Of a stretch of DNA of 64,000 nucleotides, positions 9,372 to 21,476 are shown one piece after another; position 1 is the stretch's first letter, and every line of letters starts with the position of its first letter. A program made the translations under genes and the position numbers. The DNA is taken from positions 64,001 to 128,000 of the forward strand of contig JASGJH010000001.1 of NCBI GenBank assembly GCA_047601445.1, written 5' to 3'. The stretch is from Myxococcales bacterium (GTDB lineage Bacteria > Myxococcota_A > Polyangia > Polyangiales > DASUME01). The notes under the pieces are model-generated. The model saw nothing but the letters and a program-made list of their open reading frames with translations. It was not told the origin of the DNA and ran no database searches.

Positions 9372-12300
9372 ATGGGCGATTTTGTTTTGGGTCTCGACAT
9401 AGGCTCGAACTCGATTGGCGGCGCACTCGTTGACGAGTCAAATCAAAAGATTCTCGCGAGCTTCGTTCGCATCTTTCCCGAAGGCGTTGATCGCGATCAG
9501 ACGGGTGGTGAAGTTTCAAAGAGTGTGGCCCGCAGAATTGCCCGCGGGATGCGACGCCAGATTGCTCGTCGAGCCAAACGAAAAAAACTGCTACGAACAG
9601 CACTAGCAAAGGCGGAGTTGCTTCCGGCTGATCCTGCAGAGCAACGAAATCTTGATCAACTCAACCCATACGAGTTGCGGCAGAAAGGATTGACCTCGAA
9701 GCTCACGCCGTATGAATTCGGGCGAGTGCTCGTGCATCTCAACCAGCGACGCGGTTTTTTGTCGAACCGCAAAGCTGACCGGGGTAACAAGAAAGAAGCC
9801 TCGGTAATGCTTCAAGCCATCAGCGATTTAGAGGCAGAGATCAAGACAGCAGGGCATGAAACACTTGGCGAGCATTTGGCGGCGTTATACCTAGCCGCCC
9901 CGACCGAGCGAATTCGTGGCAAGCATACTCGCCGCGAAATGCTGCTGGCCGAATTCGAGGCATTGTGGAAAGAGCAGAGCAAGCATCACCCAAAGCTGCT
10001 TACGAACCAATTGAAGTTCGGCAGTCGCGGGCAAGCCAGCTATCCTCGCCCGCATGAACGAGTTGGCGGCGCTGATCAATGGCTCGCTGATTTTGGACTG
10101 TTCGGCATCATCTTCTTTCAGCGGCCGATGTATTGGCCAAAATCGGTGATCGGACAGTGTGAATTGAACCCGAAGATGAAGCGCTGCCCGCGGGCAGATC
10201 GCGCAGCGCAGCGATTTCGTGTTTTGAATGAAGTAAACAATTTACGAATCATTGCGTGCGACGGAGAAATTAAAGAGCTAACGTCGCAGCAGCGAGAGAA
10301 GTTGCTCAAATTGTTGAGCCAAAAGGAATCCGTAACATTCGATGACATCCGCAAGAAATTAGGGCTGCTCGAAAACGACGGTTTCAATCTGGAGGAAGGT
10401 CAGCGACGAAAATTGCTAGGAATGCCAACCGACGCAACACTGGCCAGCAAGCGATTTTTTGGCCCGAAATGGCATGAACAGCCTGACGAATGGAAGGATC
10501 ACGTCGTTCGTTCACTCATTCATGACGACGAAGCCAAATTTCTAAAAAGCTGCCAGTGAAGAGTTCGAGATCGACTCTGAAGTGGCGGAAAAACTGCTCG
10601 ATGCCTCGTTGCCTGAAGGCTATGCCAGCTACGGACGCGAAACGATTGAACGCCTCTTACCACACATAGAAAAGGGACTTCCCTTGATGTCTCGCGACGG
10701 CCAGCCGTGCGCGATCCGGTTGGCTAACTTTGTTCCCGTGTTCGAACGAATGGTGAAGAAGGGGCAGTTTTTGCCGCAACCGCCTGAAATTACCAATCCG
10801 CTCGTTCGACAAGCACTGTTTGAAGTCAGGAAACTGATTAACACGGTCCTTCGCGAGTATGGGAAGCCACGTGCAGTTCATATCGAGTTAGCCCGCGAGG
10901 TGAAAGGCTCAGGAGAGCAGCGAGTTGCCCGCACGCGAGATATGCGCGATCGAGAGAGGAAACGAGAAGAGGCCGCAAAGCGGATTGTAGAACATGGCGA
11001 GAAGCCTACGCGGGGAAAGATCGAGCTTTATCTTCTATGGCAAGAGCAGGGCGAAGATTGCATGTATTCAGGGAGGAAGATTGGGATTCGACAACTCTTC
11101 GGCGGCGAAGTGAACATTGACCACATCTTGCCCTATTCCAAGAGTCTTGACGATTCGCTCATGAACAAAGTCGTTTGTTTTCGCAAAGAAAACGATGACA
11201 AAGGCCAACAGACGGTTCATGAGTGGCTGGCCTCTACGAATCCCCAAAAATACGAGCAGATTCTCCAGCGGGCAGCGAAGCTACCAATCGATATTCGAAA
11301 TCGAAGTGCGCAAAAGCTGGCGCAGAAGACTTGTGAGCTCGAACAGTTTATCAGTCGACAATTGACTGACACGGCCTACATCACGGCTGCTGTTGTCGAA
11401 TATCTCAAAGTGCTCGATTTGGATGTTCTCGGATCGAAAGGGCAGTTGACCGCTGAACTGCGTCACCAATGGGGCTTAAACGACGTGCTTCGTGATGATG
11501 GCTTGAATGTCAAAAATCGTGAAGATCATCGACATCATGCCGTGGATGCCATCGTGATTGCCCTAACCGACCGCAAACGGTTGCAACGACTTGCAAAATG
11601 TAGAGGCAATGATGAGTTGACGCCCCCTGATACCGGAAAGTGGAAGTCGTTCCGTGCGGATGTCGAAGCCGCAATCAACGGAATCAAGGTATCTCATCGA
11701 GTGCAAAGAAAGGTTTCCGGCGCATTGCATGAGGAAACAATCTATGGACCAACGCCGAATGTGGGTGAATTTGTCTGTCGTAAGCCGCTGCTTTCGCTAA
11801 CAGGGCCGATGATTGCTGATATTCGCGATCCCGAAGTGAAACGAATTGTGATCGAGCGATTGGTGAAGTGTGGCATTGATCACGAGGCTGTCTCGAAGAT
11901 TCCCAAAGAAGTTTGGAATGAGCCGCTATATATGACTCGTAAGCTTGGCCGCATCGCTTCGGCACCAGCAGTCATTCAGAAGGTGCGATTGGTTCGTAAA
12001 GATGAGACGATTCGGCGGCTTCGCGGTGAGGGACAGTTTATTAAGCCTGGCAGCAATCACCATGTTTGTATCTTTGAAATGACAGACGAAAAAGGAAAGG
12101 TGCGACGGGAATCCGTTTGGGTCTCCATGCTGGAAGCAGTGCGACGCATCAAAAGCGGCGACGAAATCATCCAGCGAGTTCATCCATCGCGGCCCGAGGC
12201 GAGGTTCGTCATGTCGATCAGCCGGGGCGAAATGTTCCTAGGCACTTTCAAGGGTCAAGAAAGATTGGTTTGGTTCAGAACGGGAGCTTCAACTCAAGGG

Positions 12301-12435
12301 CAGCTATATTTTGTCGATCATACCGACGCAAGGCCGGACAAAACTGCCACGAAATTCGTTGCCACAGCAAACTCATTGAAAGCTCGCAAAGTAACCGTTG
12401 ATCCGTTAGGCCGTATCCGTTGGGCTAATGATTAA
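9372..12435 (+). CDS. cas9: Type II-C Cas9, ~1020 aa (one frameshift in the A-run at 10544-10548)
   Basis: RuvC-I VLGLDIGSNSIG, Arg-rich bridge helix, HLNQRRGF, RuvC-II IELARE, HNH NIDHILPYSKSLDDSLMNKV, RuvC-III HHAVDAIVIA; removing one A joins the two frames. Confidence 0.96.
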
Positions 12436-12550
12436 GATTTCTCACGGCAAGACTGGTAATTGCCGTTCGCTCGAATTAGCGTGGCGCGAGTAGGAAATGA
12501 CCTCTCGCGCCACGGATGGTCCTTCGCTCCTTGTTTGCGAGGACCGCCGA

Positions 12551-13516
12551 GTGATTAAACGCACCATCGAGATTTCGCAGCAGCCGGCTCATGTGACGGT
12601 TCAGCATTCGCAATTGGTGCTGAAGCGCGAGGGGAGTATTGTTGGCCAAGCCCCGTGCGAGGATGTGGGGGTGGTGCTGGTCGATCAGCCACAGGTGACC
12701 TATTCGCACGCGGCCCTGGCGGCTTTGGCCGAGTCAGACGCGGTGCTGGTGGTGTGCGGGCGGAATCATTTACCAGTCGCAGTGCTGCTGCCGCTGGCTG
12801 ATCACACGCAGGTGGTGTGGCGGATCAACGAGCAGCTGGCGATCAGCCGCCCTCTGAAGAAGCAACTGTGGCGGCAGCTCATTCAGGCCAAAATTCGGGG
12901 GCAGGCGAGGAATCTAGCCGGGGGAAGTCCTGCGCGATCGAAGCTGCTCGATTATGCTCGGCAGGTCCGCTCCGGCGATCCAACTAACCTGGAGGCGCAA
13001 GCGGCCCGCGTCTATTGGCAGAACTGGCTGCCGGAAGAAGTGTTTCGCCGCGATGCGGATGCCAGTGGTCTGAACGCTCTTTTGAACTATGGCTATGCGG
13101 TGATGCGGGCGGCTGTGGCGAGGGCCTTGGTCGCTGCGGGATTGATGCCATCGGTAGGTTTGCATCACAGCAACCGGAGCAATGCGTTTTGTTTGGCCGA
13201 CGATGTGCTAGAGCCGTTACGGCCGCTAGTCGATGACCGGGCGCGGGAGCTTTATCGCCAAGGCTACGATCAGCTCGATGTCGAGGCGAAGGCGGGGCTA
13301 CTCAAGCTACTGGCCGAAGACGTGCGACTGCGTCGGGCGGACAGCACGACGGAAACGGGGCCGCTAATGGTGGTGCTGCACCGCTATATCGCCTCGCTCG
13401 TGCACTGCTTTCAAGGCGAGACGAAACGCCTAGAGATACCGGAGATGGTCGATTCCCCGGAGATCGACCATCAGCCGCAAGAGGCAACGCCCGAATCTCT
13501 AGTCCCCAGCCCCTGA
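12551..13516 (+). CDS. cas1: Type II CRISPR-associated Cas1
   Basis: EAQAARVYW, NALLNYGYAVMR, GLHHSNRSNAFCLADDVLEPLRP; GTG start at KRTIEIS inferred. Confidence 0.95.
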   Translation: MIKRTIEISQQPAHVTVQHSQLVLKREGSIVGQAPCEDVGVVLVDQPQVTYSHAALAALAESDAVLVVCGRNHLPVAVLLPLADHTQVVWRINEQLAISRPLKKQLWRQLIQAKIRGQARNLAGGSPARSKLLDYARQVRSGDPTNLEAQAARVYWQNWLPEEVFRRDADASGLNALLNYGYAVMRAAVARALVAAGLMPSVGLHHSNRSNAFCLADDVLEPLRPLVDDRARELYRQGYDQLDVEAKAGLLKLLAEDVRLRRADSTTETGPLMVVLHRYIASLVHCFQGETKRLEIPEMVDSPEIDHQPQEATPESLVPSP

Positions 13517-13528
13517 CCCCAGCTCATC

Positions 13529-13857
13529 GTGCTTATAAGCGGATACCGTTGCATGTGGGTTCTGGCCATGTTCGACCTACCGGTTGATACGAAGAAGTGC
13601 GCAAAGCATACGCCCAGTTCCGCAAAGGACTGCTCAAGGACGGCTTTACGAAGATGCAGTTTTCGGTCTATGTTCGCCATTGCCCGAGCGAGGAGAACGC
13701 TACGGTACATATGGCTCGCGTGGAAAAAATGGTGCCTCCCGATGGCGAAGTTCGGATCATTACCCTTACCGACAAACAGTTCGAGCGGATGCGCATCTTT
13801 TGGGGAAAAATGCGCAAGGCAGTCGCCACACCGCCGCCGCAGCTTGAACTTTTTTAG
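13529..13857 (+). CDS. cas2: Cas2 (frameshift near 13597)
   Basis: MWVLAMFDLPV followed by FRKGLLKDGFTKMQFSVYVR...ITLTDKQF...QLELF. Confidence 0.93.
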
Positions 13858-13907
13858 CCACGGCGCGATCGTAAGTTGTTGCCAATCAGTCGGTTGGGAG
13901 AGGATCG

Positions 13908-16900
13908 AGTGTAACCAACCTCAGCCCGCGACCAATCCGCAACCGCAGCACGACGCTGTGCGCTGTCGATAAGAGTGTAACCAACCTCAGCCCGCGACCA
14001 ATCCGCAACCGGCTGCCGCGATCTTGATCTAGCAACGGAAGTGTAACCAACCTCAGCCCGCGACCAATCCGCAACGCAATGTGGCAAGACGGCGAACGGT
14101 TGCGAAGTGTAACCAACCTCAGCCCGCGACCAATCCGCAACACAGCGAACGCTCGTTCGCCTGCCGGCAGCAGTGTAACCAACCTCAGCCCGCGACCAAT
14201 CCGCAACCCGGGAACCGGTTTCAACATCCGAGGCTAAAGTGTAACCAACCTCAGCCCGCCGACCAATCCGCAACAGGCAGATGATGACAGCCAGACGCGA
14301 GGCAAGTGTAACCAACCTCAGCCCGCGACCAATCCGCAACTTCACAAGAATGGCGAACTGCATACTTCTCAGTGTAACCAACCTCAGCCCGCGACCAATC
14401 CGCAACTGTCTGTGACTTCTACAGAACAATTGGTGAAGTGTAACCAACCTCAGCCCGCGACCAATCCGCAACCCTTAGATTGCTCTTCGGAATTCTCTTG
14501 GGAGTGTAACCAACCTCAGCCCGCGACCAATCCGCAACTACAACGAAAACTGCACCATGAAGGGCCGGAGTGTAACCAACCTCAGCCCGCGACCAATCCG
14601 CAACACCGAACAGGCGTGGCGATTTAACGCCCGTAGTGTAACCAACCTCAGCCCGCGACCAATCCGCAACGAGTCTCGCAATTGGGAGCTTATCTCCCTG
14701 AGTGTAACCAACCTCAGCCCGCGACCAATCCGCAACTTACCCAACCGGCTGGCCATCGCACGGCTCAGTGTAACCAACCTCAGCCCGCGACCAATCCGCA
14801 ACTCTCCATCCATGCCAGTGCTCCATTAGGTGAGTGTAACCAACCTCAGCCCCGACCAATCCGCAACGTTTCGATTGATTTAACGAATCCGCTCATGAGT
14901 GTAACCAACCTCAGCCCGCGACCAATCCGCAACAGACGTTGACGCGAGCTTGATCGAAGCCGTAGTGTAACCAACCTCAGCCCGCGACCAATCCGCAACC
15001 TAGCAACAGCGCCATATCCTAATCAAGCCAGTGTAACCAACCTCAGCCCGCGACCAATCCGCAACTTCGTCATCTGACAGCATCAATCGACGGACAGTGT
15101 AACCAACCTCAGCCCGCGACCAATCCGCAACGCACAGTGCGCAGAATGTCTTCGTTCTGTCAGTGTAACCAACCTCAGCCCGCGACCAATCCGCAACTAA
15201 GCCATACCGTCCGAGGTCTTCGTAGCTAGTGTAACCAACCTCAGCCCGCGACCAATCCGCAACAAGGGTTGGTGTACTTATTCCAATCTGTTGTAGTGTA
15301 ACCAACCTCAGCCCGCGACCAATCCGCAACATTAGCAGGTTAGGTAAACCCTAGTAGCTAAGTGTAACCAACCTCAGCCCGCGACCAATCCGCAACGTGC
15401 TGGGTCTCTCCGATCTTTTGAAAAATAGTGTAACCAACCTCAGCCCGCGACCAATCCGCAACGCTCAACGTCACATGGACGCGAGAGACGCCAGTGTAAC
15501 CAACCTCAGCCCGCGACCAATCCGCAACGGTTGTGGTTCCGAATGAGACAGAAGAACTAGTGTAACCAACCTCAGCCCGCGACCAATCCGCAACTCAGGG
15601 TTGGCGATGGAAGAAGGCACAAGGAGTGTAACCAACCTCAGCCCGCGACCAATCCGCAACGCTGGACGAGTGGGTTGCTTTTACATTTTCAGTGTAACCA
15701 ACCTCAGCCCGCGACCAATCCGCAACAGCCTATGAATCTGTAAAAGCCGTTATGTAAGTGTAACCAACCTCAGCCCGCGACCAATCCGCAACTTAGCTTC
15801 GCTGGTTTCAATTAGCTGCTCGAGTGTAACCAACCTCAGCCCGCGACCAATCCGCAACGGCAGCTAACATCTCAACCGCCTCGATCGAAGTGTAACCAAC
15901 CTCAGCCCGCGACCAATCCGCAACGCTGCAACATGTTTTTCCTCAACGTGGTGCAGTGTAACCAACCTCAGCCCGCGACCAATCCGCAACGGCGAGCGGC
16001 AAATGCCGAACGAGCTTCGCAGTGTAACCAACCTCAGCCCGCGACCAATCCGCAACTGGGCCGCCGGCCGATTGCCAGGCTACGAAAGTGTAACCAACCT
16101 CAGCCCGCGACCAATCCGCAACTCGGGTGAAGTCGGTCGCATGAATCCGGTCAGTGTAACCAACCTCAGCCCGCGACCAATCCGCAACCGGCATTGCGTG
16201 CGCGAGACGGTGCGAAACAGTGTAACCAACCTCAGCCCGCGACCAATCCGCAACTGTAATGGCGTCGTACAAAGTTCCTGCTCAAGTGTAACCAACCTCA
16301 GCCCGCGACCAATCCGCAACTGCGAAGATTGCCAGTGCTGACCTGAAAAAGTGTAACCAACCTCAGCCCGCGACCAATCCGCAACGTGGCTGCCGGCTCT
16401 GGCGTCTGCGATTCGAGTGTAACCAACCTCAGCCCGCGACCAATCCGCAACTATACGGTCAAAAACAAGGGCGCAGGCCTAAAGTGTAACCAACCTCAGC
16501 CCGCGACCAATCCGCAACTTGTGCTGGCCGCGGCGCTTTGTCGTCCTAGAGTGTAACCAACCTCAGCCCGCGACCAATCCGCAACCGTGGATAGCGAACT
16601 TTGGCCAGCAGCCTCAGTGTAACCAACCTCAGCCCGCGACCAATCCGCAACATCACTGTGGAGTCTATTGGACCGGTCCTGAGTGTAACCAACCTCAGCC
16701 CGCGACCAATCCGCAACTGTTTCGTGACGCTGCGGATCCCGGTTGCCAGTGTAACCAACCTCAGCCCGCGACCAATCCGCAACAACGTGTCAAAGCTCAT
16801 CGCGCGATCTCGAAGTGTAACCAACCTCAGCCCGCGACCAATCCGCAACTGGGTCTTAGCGATGCCAGCAAACAACTGAAGTGTAACCAACCTCAGCCCG

Positions 16901-19900
16901 CGACCAATCCGCAACTATAGTGATACACATGACGCACCGAGTTGGAGTGTAACCAACCTCAGCCCGCGACCAATCCGCAACGGGCGCTGTGGGCGCGATA
17001 CTGCTAGCGCCAGTGTAACCAACCTCAGCCCGCGACCAATCCGCAACTGTTGAGTTGAAGGGTAATTATGTCAGTCAAGTGTAACCAACCTCAGCCCGCG
17101 ACCAATCCGCAACTTCCCAGGACAATCCACCAAAGGTTAATCCAGTGTAACCAACCTCAGCCCGCGACCAATCCGCAACAGTTTCTACAGGATCAGAAGC
17201 AGAGACAACAGTGTAACCAACCTCAGCCCGCGACCAATCCGCAACTTCAGTCGCAGGCTGCTAGTAGCTCTAGGGAGTGTAACCAACCTCAGCCCGCGAC
17301 CAATCCGCAACTCTGGAATTTATAGTAGCCTCCATATTGTAGTGTAACCAACCTCAGCCCGCGACCAATCCGCAACTCTGCGTGAAGCATGGGCGAAAGT
17401 TCGCGAAGTGTAACCAACCTCAGCCCGCGACCAATCCGCAACTCTCTAGGAGGTCGGCAGGATGGCAAAATAGTGTAACCAACCTCAGCCCGCGACCAAT
17501 CCGCAACGGTCAGCAATTTGACCCTTTGCTGATCTTAAGTGTAACCAACCTCAGCCCGCGACCAATCCGCAACAGCGATCTGTCAGGATTGACCGTGATC
17601 GGCAGTGTAACCAACCTCAGCCCGCGACCAATCCGCAACGTCGGAGTTGTGCATACCAACGGCCTCGAAAGTGTAACCAACCTCAGCCCGCGACCAATCC
17701 GCAACCCGCTTCAAAGATGACAGCGAACGGCGCATAGTGTAACCAACCTCAGCCCGCGACCAATCCGCAACGGTGTACGCGGTTGGGGCTTGGTTGGTGG
17801 GAGTGTAACCAACCTCAGCCCGCGACCAATCCGCAACCGTGGCGGTTGACGGCGTTGACGTGACTGAAGTGTAACCAACCTCAGCCCGCGACCAATCCGC
17901 AACACCACCCCCACCGCCGCCTCACCCACGCCAAGTGTAACCAACCTCAGCCCGCGACCAATCCGCAACCGTCTTCCGGCTGGTCGTATTGATCCGAGTA
18001 GTGTAACCAACCTCAGCCCGCGACCAATCCGCAACAGCGCGGTAATGCTAATGAGCGCGGATACAAGTGTAACCAACCTCAGCCCGCGACCAATCCGCAA
18101 CAGCGGTGCGGTTACAGCCAATCTGCGCATGAGTGTAACCAACCTCAGCCCGCGACCAATCCGCAACTGTTACCGAATTGGCGAGAACTTGCCAAACAGT
18201 GTAACCAACCTCAGCCCGCGACCAATCCGCAACTCCATTTACCTGCTACGGACTCTTCCCATAGTGTAACCAACCTCAGCCCGCGACCAATCCGCAACGG
18301 TGAGTATGTCGCCTGCGTTGAGCTCGGCAGTGTAACCAACCTCAGCCCGCGACCAATCCGCAACGCGATCAGTAGGAGGTATTGGGCCAAAGGTAGTGTA
18401 ACCAACCTCAGCCCGCGACCAATCCGCAACCCAAGCGGCTCTTGATAGTGGAGAGACCGTAGTGTAACCAACCTCAGCCCGCGACCAATCCGCAACATGC
18501 ATCTAAAGTTCAAAAACATAAATCAAAGTGTAACCAACCTCAGCCCGCGACCAATCCGCAACAGCGGGATGCGCCACGCCCACGGTCCGCTGAGTGTAAC
18601 CAACCTCAGCCCGCGACCAATCCGCAACGGGTAATAAACCGTCAGACGCAGCGATTAAGTGTAACCAACCTCAGCCCGCGACCAATCCGCAACTGTTGGC
18701 TCAACTACAGGTGCAACGCCTGTAGTGTAACCAACCTCAGCCCGCGACCAATCCGCAACGAGCGGCCATGCCGGCAAACTCGTAGCTCAAGTGTAACCAA
18801 CCTCAGCCCGCGACCAATCCGCAACTACAACTTAACGCATTTCAATTCACAACTCAGTGTAACCAACCTCAGCCCGCGACCAATCCGCAACGCGAAGCCG
18901 GTTGGCCAGTCTAGCTCTATTAGTGTAACCAACCTCAGCCCGCGACCAATCCGCAACTGTCGGCTCCGTAGGGGCAAACCGAGACGGAGTGTAACCAACC
19001 TCAGCCCGCGACCAATCCGCAACGCTGAGGATGCGTATCTGTTTCAGTGCCGAGTGTAACCAACCTCAGCCCGCGACCAATCCGCAACGCAGCATGGTTG
19101 TCGTCAGCGCCGGATAGGAGTGTAACCAACCTCAGCCCGCGACCAATCCGCAACCGCGGCCAAAGCATAGAATGTTTCCTGTGCAGTGTAACCAACCTCA
19201 GCCCGCGACCAATCCGCAACCCCCTCGCGTCCCTTGGCCAACATCGCCTCAGTGTAACCAACCTCAGCCCGCGACCAATCCGCAACTCGCGCGTTGCTGC
19301 TGGACAAGATTTGTTTAGTGTAACCAACCTCAGCCCGCGACCAATCCGCAACTTGTATCATGAACACAATTTGAAGTTTCAAGTGTAACCAACCTCAGCC
19401 CGCGACCAATCCGCAACACCAACACTGACTTAACTACCAAAGGATAAAGTGTAACCAACCTCAGCCCGCGACCAATCCGCAACTCCGGGGTCCAGTTGTG
19501 GTCATGCGCCAGCAGTGTAACCAACCTCAGCCCGCGACCAATCCGCAACGTTCGTTCGTCGTGGCCAATTCGTGGTAGTAGTGTAACCAACCTCAGCCCG
19601 CGACCAATCCGCAACCGATTGAACCTTGCCACTCTTGGGCAAAGCAGTGTAACCAACCTCAGCCCGCGACCAATCCGCAACTGATTGGTCGTCATCAACC
19701 CACATTTTCAAGTGTAACCAACCTCAGCCCGCGACCAATCCGCAACGAGTGATGAGTTGATCCCGTAAGTCGCGAAAGTGTAACCAACCTCAGCCCGCGA
19801 CCAATCCGCAACGCAATTGGACTGGCCCTGCTGTTTCGTTTTAGTGTAACCAACCTCAGCCCGCGACCAATCCGCAACAACGCAGGCTACGTCCTCTACG

Positions 19901-21102
19901 ACACCGGCAGTGTAACCAACCTCAGCCCGCGACCAATCCGCAACCTGAATTAGCTTCAGGAATTAGACAACTAAGTGTAACCAACCTCAGCCCGCGACCA
20001 ATCCGCAACAAACCAGGTACAGGTAAAAAGTATCTGTCAAGTGTAACCAACCTCAGCCCGCGACCAATCCGCAACGTAAAGTAAATAGGGTACAACTCAA
20101 AATCTAGTGTAACCAACCTCAGCCCGCGACCAATCCGCAACGCATGACGCCAGCGATGTCGTGATAGGTCGAGTGTAACCAACCTCAGCCCGCGACCAAT
20201 CCGCAACACCTCTGGGACTGTATCGCCAGAGGGTTTTAGTGTAACCAACCTCAGCCCGCGACCAATCCGCAACTCCATGAGCACAGGCCCCGACTTCGGC
20301 TGTAGTGTAACCAACCTCAGCCCGCGACCAATCCGCAACACCTCTGGGACTGTATCGCCAGAGGGTTTTAGTGTAACCAACCTCAGCCCGCGACCAATCC
20401 GCAACTCCATGAGCACAGGCCCCGACTTCGGCTGTAGTGTAACCAACCTCAGCCCGCGACCAATCCGCAACGGCACGGATGCTATGGAACTTCGCTGGTA
20501 CAGTGTAACCAACCTCAGCCCGCGACCAATCCGCAACATGGAGCCGTATTTGAAACGCGGCAAATTGAGTGTAACCAACCTCAGCCCGCGACCAATCCGC
20601 AACGGCGCGGCTCAAGGCGATGGCATTGGCCGAAGTGTAACCAACCTCAGCCCGCGACCAATCCGCAACAGGATCAATTAGAGCAGCGCACCCGCTCCTA
20701 GTGTAACCAACCTCAGCCCGCGACCAATCCGCAACAATCGAACTGCGGGACCGCATCTATTTGAAAGTGTAACCAACCTCAGCCCGCGACCAATCCGCAA
20801 CCATTAGCTCGCGGTCCAGGGCTTGGTGATGAGTGTAACCAACCTCAGCCCGCGACCAATCCGCAACGGCAGCTAACTAACATGCTTCACCCACGCCAGT
20901 GTAACCAACCTCAGCCCGCGACCAATCCGCAACCCCACGATGCTTTCCCAGCACGTCGCTTGAAGTGTAACCAACCTCAGCCCGCGACCAATCCGCAACA
21001 GCCAACCTGGCTTGATCGCCGCTTAATGCAGTGTAACCAACCTCAGCCCGCGACCAATCCGCAACGTGCATGGGGTGCTAGGCACGACGTATGGTAGTGT
21101 AA
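13908..21102 (-). CRISPR. CRISPR array with ~109 repeats of 36 bp and ~30-bp spacers
   Basis: Repeat AGTGTAACCAACCTCAGCCCGCGACCAATCCGCAAC with ~66-bp period from 13908 to 21065, plus a truncated AGTGTAA at 21096-21102; count estimated from length; crRNA strand inferred from the GTTG start and tracrRNA polarity. Confidence 0.98.
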
Positions 21103-21476
21103 TTGCACTTCGCACTTCCGTTCGACCGGGTGCATTCCAGGCTTCGCGTTAGCTGCGGTCGCTCAAGCCGACGGACTAGCATCCCCTTCCCGCCCCCTGG
21201 TGCTTCCGGCTGCTTGCCGGCAACGGTCACCTGCGGCGACGTGAATTTCTTGGGAGTGCGGGGGGAGCATCCCCCAGGCCGTCAAGGCAACCGCTGCGCT
21301 ACGGCCGGCGCGGTCCCTCCCAATCTTCCGCGGCTAGCGCCTTGTGCAGACCGGTGGCCCCCCACGCCGGCCGTCCTTGACTGCCTGCCCCCTCTGTGTT
21401 TGGGCCTTCGTCCCCCTCGCCCAAAGGAATGTGCGAGGGGCACTTTCCATTTCATTCCAAGAGGAGGAACCAGACC

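Noticed and set aside
10540..10582. Naturally split two-subunit Cas9
   Set aside because: One extra A in a homopolymer explains the break; removing it gives continuous LKAASEEFEIDSEVAEK, and similar indels occur across the window
7492..13857. Cas9-guided integrase or CAST-like system
   Set aside because: Cas9 catalytic motifs are intact, cas1/cas2 are present and no Tns genes are seen; adjacency to the recombinase is explained by island cargo
13944..21095. Self-targeting spacers within the window
   Set aside because: None noticed by eye, but an exhaustive comparison was not possible; this needs a BLASTn-short search
13854..21097. Dozens of repetitive ORFs (LRIGRGLRLVTL, VADWSRAEVGYT, CNQPQPATNPQ)
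   Set aside because: These are translations of the 66-bp-period CRISPR array, not proteins
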